A DNA stretch of 62,946 bases, filler included, from Hyphochytrium catenoides (lineage: Eukaryota; Protista; Hyphochytriomycota): the NCBI GenBank assembly GCA_900088475.1. It is 12 parts of 12 records of this genome, joined end to end, with 100 filler letters (N's around TTAATTAATTAA, not from the genome) between each part and the next. Parts side by side here need not be neighbours in the genome. Positions count along the whole stretch, not along the records: positions 1 to 14,332 come from FLMG01001560.1; 11 more parts are not named here. The stretch is one strand, 5' to 3'. Position 1 is the first letter of the stretch, and each line of letters begins with the position of its first letter. The notes beneath the pieces were generated by a model. It was not told the DNA's origin. It did not search any database and worked only from the letters and a program-made list of their open reading frames with translations. Shown here piece after piece: positions 1 to 12,500 of this stretch. The position numbers were made by a program, and so were the translations under genes.

Positions 1-48
1 GTCGAGCACTCTCATCTAATGACATTGTCCAATCATCCCATAAAATCC

Positions 49-200
49 AACACTTTTTGATCCAACTGTTGGTATCTTGAACACTTTTTCTTGCTCAAGT
101 CGTCGATATCTTGGACACTTTTGGCCAAGTCGTTGATATCTTGGACACTTTTGGCCAAGTCGTTGATATCTTCTTGTACACTTTTGGCCAAGTCGTTCAT
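49..200. repeat. ~30-bp tandem repeat, about 5 degenerate copies (GGACACTTTTGGCCAAGTCGTTGATATCTT)
   Basis: Directly visible. Reads as DLAKSVQDIN repeats in minus-strand ORF 33..440; each core unit contains the palindrome TTGGCCAA. Confidence 0.85.
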
Positions 201-1275
201 AGTTAGACACCTTTGTTTTTGTCTACTTGATTGGTTGACTTTCCACTTCGCAAGTCCCAGAAGGGTGGCAGGTTGGCAGTTTGCTAGGTGGTGCTTGCCT
301 GTGTGTGGAGCCCGATAACCTCTTAGATGTTGACTTGTGGGGTACTTGGGAAATTGGAAAGTGAGATTAGTTTGAAGTGGGGACCGGACCAGAGGAGGCA
401 GCCTTACTGGCATCCGAGGACTTGGATGCCTTACAGCCACTCATTTAGATGGTGGGCTATCGCCATACATAATACTAGCGGCTTACTGTGCTAATAACTT
501 GTAATGGCGGATCTCAGCAACTAGAAAGAGTTAGAAGCTGCGATTTGGACAGTATAATGACCGTCATCTATACTACCGGATCCTACATCCAATAGTTGCG
601 ACTTGGATAAGACATCAGCATTGAGTCACGAATGATGAAGCCTAGATAGAGAAGTGCTTACAAAGAAAAGCTGAGACGAGGCCCTGAGAGTGATGCAGGA
701 GTAGACCGCAATCTGCACCATGCTCACTGTTAGACTTTTGAATTGGAGTGACGAACGACAAGCGATACAAGCGAGGGGTTGCAGTATAATAGTTACAAGA
801 AACAACATGAGGAGTAGACACTTTCTTTTATCCTCTAAGAAGTGGATTCTTCTATGAAGGTGCGTGATTTACCGAACCTCGTTACAAGATCACGTTATAC
901 AACTCCAATAATACTTGATGTCCCGAGAAAAATGGGTTTAGTAGCTATTATTATGAGGACTCTGACGAGGGTGAGAAGAGATCCTCCATTAACAGGGAGA
1001 GGTAGCAGAATGTTCAGATAGCTATGTCCCTTCCATGTTATACATAGTCCAAACCTTTGTCAGTTGTCAGAGTCTAACGTGCCCTCGTTACCAAGACGAC
1101 CTAACTGTGTTATAGATAGATAGGGAGCAATCCTCCTCCCGACGACTCTAGGTCATGCCCAATAAGAGTTCAACTTACAGACATCAGGAGCGAGAACTAG
1201 TAGGAAGGGCGCATCAACGCGGGGTTAAGAGATCCACTGGCCTTAATTAATAACTGGAGCTTCTTCATGTTTTCC

Positions 1276-4200
1276 TCATAGCAGCGGCTCTGTACCGTTC
1301 CAATCCACTTTCGCTCCAGCCCACTTTGTGCGCACCACCATGTCAAGTGGCGGGATCAGTGCTTTGTCATTGGGTAGGGGAGGTCGCGTCTCTGGGTGGG
1401 GCTCCACTGTTAACCGGATAATCTCTTTCTGGTTAGCCAGCTCGTCATAGTAAAAGAGGTCAAAGCTCTGCGTGATGGAGCGTGGTATACAGACAAAGGT
1501 TAGAGTCAGTTGACAGATGTGGAATCTTTCACGAGCTGTAGATCGCTAACCTTCTCCTGGTCAGGACCTATGAACTGGCCGTTCAAGGCGTAAATCACTG
1601 AATAATGAGACTCACTGCAGACAACCCAGACGGGATAACGTGGATTCTTAAGATGCAAGCCGACTGCCACATATTCGTAGGCTTCAAAGAGTGTGAGGAA
1701 GCCAACTTCAGCTGTAAAGTTAATTGGCTTAGCATCTGCATCACCTCTATCTCCGAAGATTTTGGGTTAATAACCGTACTTAGAAGGCAATGCCTTGACT
1801 TACATTGTGCCTTCACACCTCTCAGGCGGACAGAGCTATTGCTGTGTCCATCACTACCATCCAGACTCCTCTCACCATCAAAGACGTTCGATACAGCCTC
1901 TCCAGTCAAGAGAAGGTTGACCATTTCCTGAATGATGAGTGGGCCCTTAGCGATCCGCATGGCTCGCTGATCAAAAGCATATAGCACAGACCCTGTCGGG
2001 TAGTCACACACCTGCGCGCAGTAGCTATGTTCCCCTATCAGGGTTGGCTTCCCTGTCATCTGATCAAAATCCGTCTCTACCCGGTCCAAGCCACGCGATA
2101 GTGCCGCTGAATAGGCGAAAAGGACGATGCCTGGTGACCCTTCTTTGGAGAACTGTTTTTGAAGAATGGAAGTGGCAGTACCGCTCATCAGCCCCAGTTC
2201 GGCAGCTCCGAATGCTTCTCAGCGTTACCTGGTAAAAGTTTGTCGCGATAAACTCCTGAAGACCTGAAGCGGAAGCGAAGCGGTAGAGTACCAATCTCTC
2301 AGTGATCCCATCCCCAGCAAAGCCTGGAATGCGCTGGAAAGAAGGAGGATAAGTCCCCCACAGCGACGTACATCCAGCAACAGCCTAACCCTAACCATAA
2401 GCTTACCGGAGCATGTTCATCTCCTAAAAGCACCACCACAGCCTGGCCCTGCGCTCTAGCCGCCCGCCAGAGAATGGTTGCTAAGGATTTAACGACAAGA
2501 TCCTTCAGTTGTTCCTAGTCCATCGATTATAATGGAAGAGCTCAGTCCGTATAAAGTCGAGAAGAGAAAGAGGGACGGAGGTTGTACCTGAGAGCACTTT
2601 GGCAACTCCTTAACAGCGGGCCCTTCTCTCGCTAGCATTTGAGCTAATAGCGCCGCTTGTACTGCAGCAATAACCCCACAGGGTCCACCGCTTCTCTGTA
2701 GCAGTCCAAACTCAAGACCTTTCTCCTTGTTGAACGTGAATTCCTGGGCCAAACGCTGATCTTAGCGGAGACATGGCAACGGAGGAAACAAGGAACATCA
2801 TCAGGGAGCGGGCGCCATGGCGGTACCTGAGCTTTCCAGGCTTCTGAGAACTGTTTTCGCTCATCTCCAAAAAATAGTCGGCGCAAATGACGGGCAGTCG
2901 TAGGGTCGATTCTCTCCCCTGGAACAGTGGTGCGGCGACTAGTAAGCGCCAAGGATAGCTGAAGGGAATGGAAACTTAAATATCTTACCTTTCGGACTCT
3001 CTCCCTTGGGCTGTGTGCTCCTTTGAGGCTGGAGTTCTACCTCCGCCTCCATTGCCTGAAAGTCCTCAACATCTTGAATGGAAACGTCCACCGACTTGGA
3101 GCCCTGGACACCAAACGATCAACCTAAGCAGCTGTCTTCGTTTCCGGTCCCACTCTTATGGACTGACCTGCGTCCTGGCAGAGACTGCGACCTCCACTGC
3201 TGCTGTTGGCTGCGGTGCAAGCCCATCCTCCCAGTCAGCCTTGTCTTCGTTCTTCAAAGGTTCGAGCCCTTCCTCTGATTTCAGACGCGGCGCCGGTTCA
3301 ACAACTGTTGACTGCATATCCTTCGCAATGGTTCTGGAGCTCTCGGTTGCCGCTTGTAGCTTCTGGTCCTGCAGGGCCTCTCCCTCTTCAAAAGCGAGGA
3401 ACGACCTACGACGGCCTCTAGTTGGTGCCTCCGCAGTGGCATCGACGCTGGCACTGAGTTCAGGTTCGCGGGCTCTGCTGGCAGTGGGACTGGGCGGTCT
3501 CTCTACTAGTATCTCAGGGTCCAACTCATCATTCTGATCACCCTCAGTAACAGCACTGGTCGGGCTGCTGCTGAGCCCTTCCGAGTGGGAATAAGGTCGC
3601 TGTGGCGGCGTTAGGTCTTCGCTCTTGGTACCCTGTACCAAGCTGACGGGTACGACTTCTTCACTCTTCGGAATCTCCAGGCTCGATCTCGCTTGCTTCT
3701 CAAGGACGAGCTCCTAAGGGCCGAGGCCGATGATGACACGCGGGTGAAGAGAGAAGAGGAGAGAAGTCAGGGTGGCAATACCGTGCAAGTCGAGTCTGGA
3801 GTAATGAGTGCCCAGGGCACAAAGAGACAAAGACAGCCAGAGAAGTGCCTGAAGGGCCTGACTTTGTATTTACTGTGACACTGGGTCTTGGATTTGCTGC
3901 CAACTTCCTTACTGACAGCCGCCCAGCGCTCGTTCCGGTCCTGGAAGCTCGACTGTGGATGCTCCTTCACCGCGCGCTTTAGAGCTGCCACCTCCTCAGG
4001 GGACCAGTCAGAGGAACCTAGGGACCTGCAAAGTGACGAGTGCCACGGAAGAGAAGATGCGAAGGAAGAGGTAGGAGGCGAAGAAAGGGAAAGAATGCGG
4101 AAATGAGAAGTGGACTCTCTTTGCTTGTCGAAAGGGTAGGATACATATGTTCGAAGTAGATAGACCGCACGAGATGAATCTACGGGAACGACAGGGTAGC

Positions 4201-4660
4201 GCCATGTCAGAAACCATGTCAAGACACAGAAGAACAGCGTCCGAGTAAGGCTGATTCCTTTCTCACCTCCTTCGCGCTTGCTTTCGCTCTCTATTGTCGA
4301 TGCTACAGCTGACGCAGGCCTCCAGAATAGAGGTTTTGGAGCCCGCTACGTGCAGCCTCTGCTGAACGGCGGCGTGCTTTGGTTTGTACGAGGCGGCCAG
4401 CTTGAGGACGATTTCATTGTCAGTCAAACGCAGCGACTCTTCGAACGCTCTGGCCGTGCGACTGAGGCCCTGTCCGTCGTTTGCATGTTGAGGGAAACGG
4501 CGGAGACAGGAGGTAAAGCAGACGAGGAGAAATGGTTAGCTGTCCGCACGTGCGGTTGCTTATCCATCGCTCTCGTCTCTCTTTCAATAGGCAGCATCCT
4601 TACCTTTTTGATTAGATAGTCTCGCACTAGCAACGCCGTCTCTTGCTCTACAGTCGGCAT
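1276..4660 (-). CDS. MINDY4: MINDY4 (FAM188B)-like deubiquitinase, multi-exon, with N-terminal LisH-like motif and SANT/Myb domain
   Basis: Spliced by eye: MPTVEQETALLVRDYLIKK|GLSRTARAFEE (LisH-like); WSPEEVAALKRAVKEHP...RWAAVSKEVGSKSKTQCHSKYK (SANT); catalytic GLLQRSGGPCGVIAAVQA; EMVNLLLTGEAVSNVFDG; PVWVVCSESHYSV; FDLFYYDELANQ; C-terminus PPLDMVVRTKWAGAKVDWNGTEPLL*. ATG at 4660, TGA at 1276-1278. Confidence 0.88.
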
Positions 4661-5167
4661 GTTTGAAGACGGACTAAGAACGAAGTTGAGAAACGCGGAG
4701 GACCGGTACTTGGACAATCGGGAAAACCTTCAGCGAAGGAAAGAGGTCTGCCGAGTGTATGAGGCTCAGGTTGAGATGGTTCTTATGTTGATAGTGACGG
4801 CTCCGTGTTCTCTCCTCCTCCTCCTGCTCTTCTCGCCCCTTCTCCCTTCACTGGGCAGCTGGAGAGGACTGGAGCTCCGAACTATTGACTTCAGTCTCTC
4901 CTTCCGCTCCGGCCCTCTCCTTCTCCTCCCACCAGCAGCGGCGGTACGGGAGGAGGAGGAGGCAAGGGAAGGGAAGAAGTGCACCAGGAAGAGGATGCAG
5001 AGATTAGGGCGTTACATCACCCTATCATACGGATTCCGCACGTGGATAGACTGATATGTCATACAACGGTCCTGATTACAGAATCTCAATTGCAGGATGG
5101 ACAGTCCTAACATCTCTGTTTCCTTGCCCTTCTACGACCCTTACGAATCAGCCATCAATCAATGAAC

Positions 5168-5213
<46 letters not shown>

Positions 5214-5483
5214 TCCAAGGCCCGACTTCCCCTTTAGCCCCTTTAGAACGTGGCCATTAAGAAAATGCACTTGACTCCTCGTTAGTAACAACAATGATAC
5301 TATATGGATTCAAAGTCTAGACTGGATAGATGCCTTCCAAGTGGTTCCCCTACAATGTACTCCCTCTCGCCCTCTTCCTCTCGTTCGACGGCTTGGCTAT
5401 TGACAGACACTTCACTTTCTCTTTCCTCCCTCTCCTAAAGTATCCCGTGACCTTGGGCTTCCTCTCCTCTCCTGTCCGTGCGC

Positions 5484-8400
5484 TTACATCTGAATAGCCT
5501 GCCCACCGTTGGCCAGGTACACCTTGTTGATCTCGTCTTTCATCCACTGCTTCGCCTCGTTCCTCTTCAGCTTGAATGTTGGCGTCAAGGTGTTGTTCTC
5601 AGGAGAGAAAGGCTCGGCGGTAAGGTGGACAGCCTTCACCTGGAGTTAGAGAGAGTATAACCCATGAAAAGCATTAGAGAGAGGAAGAGAGGTCTCAGTA
5701 TGACTGACTCCGTACCTGCTCGAAACCGTGCAGCTTCCGTTCCTTCCCAACCTTGACCATGTCCGCCAGCACCGCCTTCCGTACGCTTTCATTCGCACAT
5801 ATAGACTTGAAGTCTCCAGAGATGCCTGGAAAGAAGCATCACAAAGTTAGCACAAAGAGAGAGATATGACGCCAAGAGGAGAGAGAGAAAGCGACGGAAA
5901 GGGAGAGCGTCGTCACCGCGCTTTCTAGATTGCCAGGAGAACTCTGAGCGGTCTACTTACCATTCTCAGAGGCCCACTTCATGATGTAAGGCTCGTCCGG
6001 GTGCACCACGCCCACGAGGAAGGCTTGGAAGGAGTCTCCATACACGAAGCACTGGGCCACGAACGGCGAGCCTGCGTAGGCGTTCTCAATCTTCTCTGCT
6101 GCGATGTACTCTCCCTGCGCCAGCTTGAAGATATTCTTCTTCCGATCGACGATTCTCAGCCGCCCGTCTGGTAGCCAGATTCCAATATCTCCACTGTGGC
6201 ACCAGCCGTCAGCGTCCAGAGTCTCTGCGGTCTTGTCTGGGAGCTTGTAGTAGCCTTTAAACACGTTGTAGCCACGGAAACAGATCTCACCGCGACCCAC
6301 GCACCTTCAGCACAGACACATGTTAGACGAGGAGGAGAACCAGACGAGACGCAAGACAACGAGTGCGATGAGCTCATAGCTAGTGCGACGTGCAGAGTAA
6401 ACGTCTTGGCCATACCGGATGTTGTTCTCTCCATGCGTCGTATCCTTAGAGGTGTAGCCCATCTCCGGCACGTCCACTAGTCGGATCTCGTTCGCCACCT
6501 GCGGAGGACCCACATGGCCGACCGAATAGTCATCGATATCTGAGGAGGGAGCAGGAGACACCAAATGAGATAGTCACTTTAGGCGAGCATCCAAGGTCTA
6601 AGAAAAGAGAAGTAAGGAAGTCAGAAAGAGAGATTGGAAGTAGGGTAGAGAGTAAAGAAACTAGGCAAGAAAGAACCTTTCAGCTGACTATGAAAGGAAT
6701 ATCAGTCATATCTGCAGCTCTTAGCCCTCTCCCCATACCTGAGAAGCACGCCGCCGCGGAGGTTTCAGTTTGTCCATAGCCCTCAATCACCTTAACGCCA
6801 AACACGCAGCGCAAGAACTCCATTGTGTCAGGAGGTAGGGGAGCTGAGCCCGAAATAATGCAACGGCAGCGGTCCAGGCCGGCCGTCTTGCTGATCTTGT
6901 CAAAGACAAGTCTGTCCCAGAGCGGGTGCTTCAGATAGCCGCGTTTCAAATTGGCCTTCTTCGCCTCCAAGCCAAGCATAAACAGCTTTGTTTTCAGTCC
7001 CCCAGCAGCCTGCGCCTTCTGCATCACTCCGTCGTACACGCGGTTTAATAACCGCGGGACTGAGGGAAAGACTGTCGGTCGTAGAGCCTTTAGGTCGTCC
7101 ATGATTAGCCGGGTGTCGCCCTGGAAGAAGCCTACTTTAGCGCCCTGGGAGAGGCAGACACCCACTACCGCGCGCTCGAAGACATGTGCAAGCGGGAGAT
7201 AAGACAAGTGAGCGTCATCGTTGGTAACACTCAGGCCAAGACTCTCGAAGGCGACGAAGTTGGCAATCATGTTCTGATGGGTGAGCAGCACTCCCTTCGG
7301 GTTGCCCGTGGTGCCGCTCGTGTAGCAGAAGGTTGAGATGGAGTCTGATGTGGGCGGAACATGAGGTTTGCGGTTGGCCTGCCCAGCCTCCTCGAGCTCT
7401 TGGAAGCTGTGAAGAGATAGCCCAAGAGCTTCTGCTGCCGCCTTGTCCTCTGGCTTAACAGTCCCAGTCTGGACGATTGCCTTGAACGCGTTTGCGCCTT
7501 CCTGTTTGACCTGAGGAGACGGGTAAGCGCAAGGGCAGATGAGAGGAAACGTTCATAAGGATCTTGTTGGCGAAGTTCAGAGCTCTCTAAGCACTTCAAC
7601 AGCTCCACCTTCAGTCTGGACCTCTCCCCTTACCTGCAGAAGGTTCTTCACCTCAGCGGCAGAGCAGAGCACCGTCCTCGCCTCCGTTTGGTTAAGCACG
7701 TAGCCCACGGTCTCGTGACCGAGCGTGTCATAAAGTGGCACGGTTGAGGCACTGTACATGTAGCAGGCCTGGACAAAGAGAGTCAACAGTCTGAACCTCA
7801 GAGAGTGGTCCCATGGGCCCTACGCAGGGAATCTACCTGCTCGGCGATGCCCCACTCTACGTTGTTCTTCATATAGATGCACAGCATGCGCATCCCATCG
7901 GTCACTGGTATGAGATCCAGATGGACCAGGCCGGAACCGAAGTTGGTGGCACGCTCCGCTATCTGGCTGTACGTCTGCCACACGAAGTCTGCACCTTTCG
8001 TGGGACGGTACCCGAGGCAGGCACCGGAGGGGAAGCGGGAGAGCCCCTTCTGGAAAGCCTCATAGAGCGTCTTTGTGCCATCTTTCGGCACTGCGATCAG
8101 CTTGTCAGGGCTGCGAAAGTTCCTGCGGACGGGTCTGCACGTTGGACAAAGAGGAAACGGGAGACAACGAGACAAAAGTTAGGGCTCAGAAGTAGAGCAA
8201 AGCGGCAAGGGGATGCACAGATAGAAGAAGGTTATCAGAAAAGGTGAAACAACGAGAAAGAAGTGCTACGCGCCGCAGCTTTACCGAGAACTGGCTGAAG
8301 CGCAGGACGACAGAGCTCACAGAAGAGAAGGAGAGGAGACAAATGGTCTTACCCTTTCCCAGGCTCCTGGGAGTTGGGGACGACGACTGAGTAAATCTTG

Positions 8401-9160
8401 GGCGGGTTTGCCGGCGTCTCGCTCATGAACATGTAGGTGTTGAAGCCATAGAAGATCGCCATGCACAGCGCGAGGGAGAGGACGACCGTGTTGAACAGAC
8501 CCAGCAGAGAGAAGCCTAGGCGCGCTCCAAAGATCTGAGGGCAGAGTAAGTGTTAGATAGATCGAGAGACAGAGAGAGTGCGTAAAAGAGAGAAAGGGAG
8601 AGAAAGAGCAGGTATGTGTGATCCAAAAGTCCTTGACATGAACTGTCACTGCATCGTGTTCCAGGTACCTTGATGCTCTCTCTTCTTTCTGTGAGGGTGC
8701 CGTTCAGCTTCCTCATGACATAGTTCAGGATCACCACGCGGTCTGCCAGCTCCTCGTCAGTTGCGTTGGCAAGCGCCTCAGGAGTGGTCAAGTCGTAGAG
8801 GAACGTCAGGTCAGTCAAGTCTGGCTTCATCTCAATGACCGGAGCCTGTGCAGTAGAGAAAGGAGGATGGGTTTGACAGACAGGGCAAGAGAGAGAGAGA
8901 GAGAGAGGGAGAGAGAGTGAGTGACAGAAGGAGGAGGATAGGATCCGGAGAATTCCAAAACGTTAGCTTCACATCTTCGCGTGCTATGTCTCCTCTCTGG
9001 TCCTCACCTGGGAGTCCACATTGGTATCCACATTCTCTGTGTTGACCTCTACCACCGGCTCTTCCACCTGAAGGACCTCGGTATCCACCTCAGTCTGTTG
9101 CGCCTGCGCACCGCAGAGGAGCGCCGCGGCCAGCAATAGTGCCGGCGTAAGGACTTTCAT
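5484..9160 (-). CDS. Long-chain acyl-CoA synthetase (ACSL/LACS family), multi-exon, with N-terminal signal peptide and TM helix
   Basis: AMP-binding motifs: FCYTSGTTGNPKGVLLTH, SYLPLAHVFER, IEGYGQTET, GEICFRGYNVFKGYYK, GWCHSGDIG, IVDRKKNIFKLAQGEYIAAEKIEN, LTPTFKLKR. Stop TAA at 5484-5486. The upstream exons (from 9160) splice in frame through GT-AG introns. Confidence 0.93.
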
Positions 9161-9419
9161 CCTCCTCAAGATCACGGCTTTCTAGCTCTGCTGCCTGGTC
9201 CTTCCTTCTTTCTCTCTTCACTCCTTCCACAGCTCTCTATCTCAATCTGTTGCTGAAGTCACTTGGTCGGCAGTCTGTCTGACAGGAACTGGAAATTGCC
9301 CGAGTGAAAGCAAATTGCGGTCACTGACGAGGCTTCATCTCTCTAGAGTGCAACAGAACATGAGGAGAACAAGCTGGTAACTGGAGAGACAGACACAAGA
9401 AAGAGGAGCGGATGAAAGA

Positions 9420-9482
9420 GGAGAGAGAGAGAAGAAGAGAGAGAGAGAGAGAGAGAGAAAGAGAAAGAGAGAGAGAGAGAGA

Positions 9483-9515
<33 letters not shown>

Positions 9516-9516
9516 A
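9420..9516. repeat. (GA)n microsatellite
   Basis: Direct. One of dozens of GA/TC tracts in the window. Confidence 0.95.
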
Positions 9517-12500
9517 GTAGAGTGTTGCTAAGGGTGTTCTTGGTGTCTTTCTTAGTGCTGAAGTCCTGTTCCGCTGTTCCCTCCTCCCCTCTTCCTAACG
9601 TGTACTGTACAGCATGGGCGCGTCGGCCTGTGGTCGGCGTTTTCCTGGTGGGTGGGAAATGGTGCTTCGGCCTGGCTGCATAAACAACATTATAGGAGTT
9701 GAGGGGGCGGGTGGGTACCTAGTAGTCATGAGATCTTGATCAGAATCCTTCCCTTATGGAGGGTACATTCTAAATAAATGCGCTTCTTCAATACAGTACC
9801 CGGATTCTTACTTGAGTCCAAGGGGAGTTCTGAGAGGTGCGATACAACCCTTGTACTTTTCGGAAACCGTGATGACGAGGAGTAGTCCGAAAACAGAAGA
9901 CGAGGTTATAAGAATACCTCCCTAACTTACGGCTCCTTCTAACATTATTAGTCTGGGAATTGCGAGCTTTAGCTTCGTGCATAATGAGGAGCAAGTCTCA
10001 CTACCCAGGCAGGAGAGAGAGAGGGGTGATGAGGCAGGTGGAGCTGATGATGATGCGTCTCCTCTCTCTCAAGACTGGCTCTCTGATGATCTTCATCCCT
10101 TGTCCTTCCTTAGTTACCCCGTCGGGCAGCCTGCAGAGAGAGGATAGAGAGTAGAGAGTCATTCATCCCTGCCGCACGGCCTCACCATCTCACCATCGGA
10201 CTGGTGCTGCAGGGACTGAAGGGGATAAGACGGAAGGCACAGGTAAGGAGAGAGATATAGAAAGGCCACGTCGTCGTGTGCAGGCAAGGTTTCGTGGGAG
10301 ATCATCTGTCATTGTGAGCGGTTATAGATCTCAGTAGCTGGTGGTCTCGCCAGACAGAAGTAGAACATGGTCTTTGGCTGAGGTCCCAGAGCCGAGAGAC
10401 GGCAGACCGCATTTACTGCTTCCTCCGCCTTGGGACCAGGAGGAAGTTGACAGACGGACAAAGATATCTTGATATCCGTGTCTGCCTTAGGATGAACTTC
10501 TCAAGGATGCAAAATGGGGAGCTAGCCGCTCCTCCTGCTTCGACGGTCTTTACTTTAGAAGGCGGAGCCGAGGATGACGAAATAATATGGCTCTTGAGCC
10601 GAGTGGTAGAAGGTTTGATGCTATGCTCTGGCGTTCAGCTGCTAGAATGACCGACCTGAGCGAACCTGCAGCTAGTTATCCATTGGACTCAGCACGGACG
10701 TCAGGACAGTGAAAGCTCCTATAACAAAGTATACATATAATATATATGCTACATCATCCGTGACTCATGCCTTTACTACTATGGACAGACAACCGGGACC
10801 TGCGCTGACCAGGAGGACTCGAGGAGGCGGGGTGGGCGGTCTAAACGGGCTCAGGTTGAAGTCCTTAATGACAGGGGTGACATTATCGTCTCATCAGTGT
10901 GAAAGCAGATGATAACATGACGCTGTACTTCAAACATAAGGAAAGCAAGACAACAACCACCTGATCAGAGGACAGGGCATGAGCCAAAGAGAGACGATAT
11001 AATTCCGCCTTGCATCAGACGTCCATTTCTTACTGCTAAAGCATAGAGAGCCACAACTGGAATGTCAACGGAAGAAGGAAAGGGTCAACTCATTATACAG
11101 ATCCACCGGCCTGTGAATGTCCAAGAGCGTCACGAGTCTCATAGAGCAGTCATTAATAATGATCTTGCCAATGGTGCCCCTGGATGCCCTACACTAACAC
11201 TCAAATAGAGAGGCGGCGACGGTAATCGAGTCTCGACCAGAAGCCAGCAGCGCGCTGACCAGAGCATTTAATCTCCTGGTTCTGTAAGGACGTGCTTGCA
11301 GTCAGTCTCAAGATCAGAGGTACAGCTCCGACTCATAAGGATCTTGCGGGTATGAGGGACCAGTGGGACGACAAGAGGAAGGGTCTGCCTATGATTGGCT
11401 TCATATCTAGCGTTCGCTAGAGTCAAAGCGTCTACCGAGCCCTACCCAGTGTCTGACTAACAACCGCAATGGGCCTCTAGTCCGTAAGATCAGACGGCAC
11501 AGCAGGTCTCGGTGTTCCATGCAGAACGTCGCACTGACAGAACCCTTCTTCTCTGTGAGATACTAAGATCCCGTGAGCACCTTTTGAATCTGTCACGACA
11601 AGTAGACTGACTCGTATTCGGTGGGCCACTAAAGCTTCCCTCTTCTGCTAGAGTATTCCCCCCTACCAGTTCACACTGCTGCCAGCAGTCAGCTTCTACA
11701 TTATCATCCTTAGTAGGGACCATGATATGACCCGGCAAGGCACATTCTCTTCTCTCTTTCCTTCATAGCAGCATGATGTTGGCTCTATTGACAACGTTGT
11801 TAGTGGTCGAAGGAAGCAGCGACAGTTGGGCTGGGTAACTCAGAAGCAAACGCTGGCCCCTTACAGCTGACCACAGGGTTGGGTGGAGGGAGATACGGCA
11901 ACGCATTTGGAGAGAAAAAATGACAGATCAGACCCTTTAGAGAGGAAATGTTGGACTTGGTGTAGCTCAAGCCGAGAGAGCTCCGCCCATTTTCTCCTCA
12001 TCTGTGCGGAAGTACTTCTCCTTCACGTCGAGAGCTTTAATGCTGGATTCACCGCCTTCATCCGATAGACAGAGGACAGGAATTGGACTGACGACAGCCC
12101 GCCGGAAGGGAGACAGAGAGATGCTTCTCTGTTTCCTCCACTAACAAAGCTTGCAGGTCTTCCTGCTCTTGGGAATGGACCTACTGCTCTGTCTCCCTCC
12201 TGCCAAATGAAATGTCAATCACTCCGCCCGCAGCCTGATTTATGACTAGAAGAAATCAATTCTGCCGCTGAAGGAGATGGGAGATGAGTGCCATTGTCTC
12301 TCACTCACTTCTTTCCTCTCCTTTGATGATATGTGGCCCTCTTCTCTTTTCGTGCTGCATCATCTATAATGTGACGCCCAGCACTTGTTGAAGTGGCGTT
12401 CGCTTGTCTCTCTAACTTTAGGACATAGCAAAGCAATCCCTTACTTGCATCTTGCTCGTTCAGAGAAATGAGAGAGAGATGAGGATGGAGATTGGAGAGA

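Noticed and set aside
49-200. CRISPR-like array
   Set aside because: Units are contiguous tandem copies without unique spacers, in a eukaryotic context.
9853-9897. Hammerhead-ribozyme-like string (TGACGA-GGA-GTAG-TCC-GAAA)
   Set aside because: The conserved C of CUGANGA is missing, stem I would be only 2 bp, and it is single copy. Better explained as a TTTTCGGA/TCCGAAAA inverted repeat.
10870-10900. CTGATGA plus a short stem on the minus strand
   Set aside because: No GAAA after the stem, so no hammerhead core.
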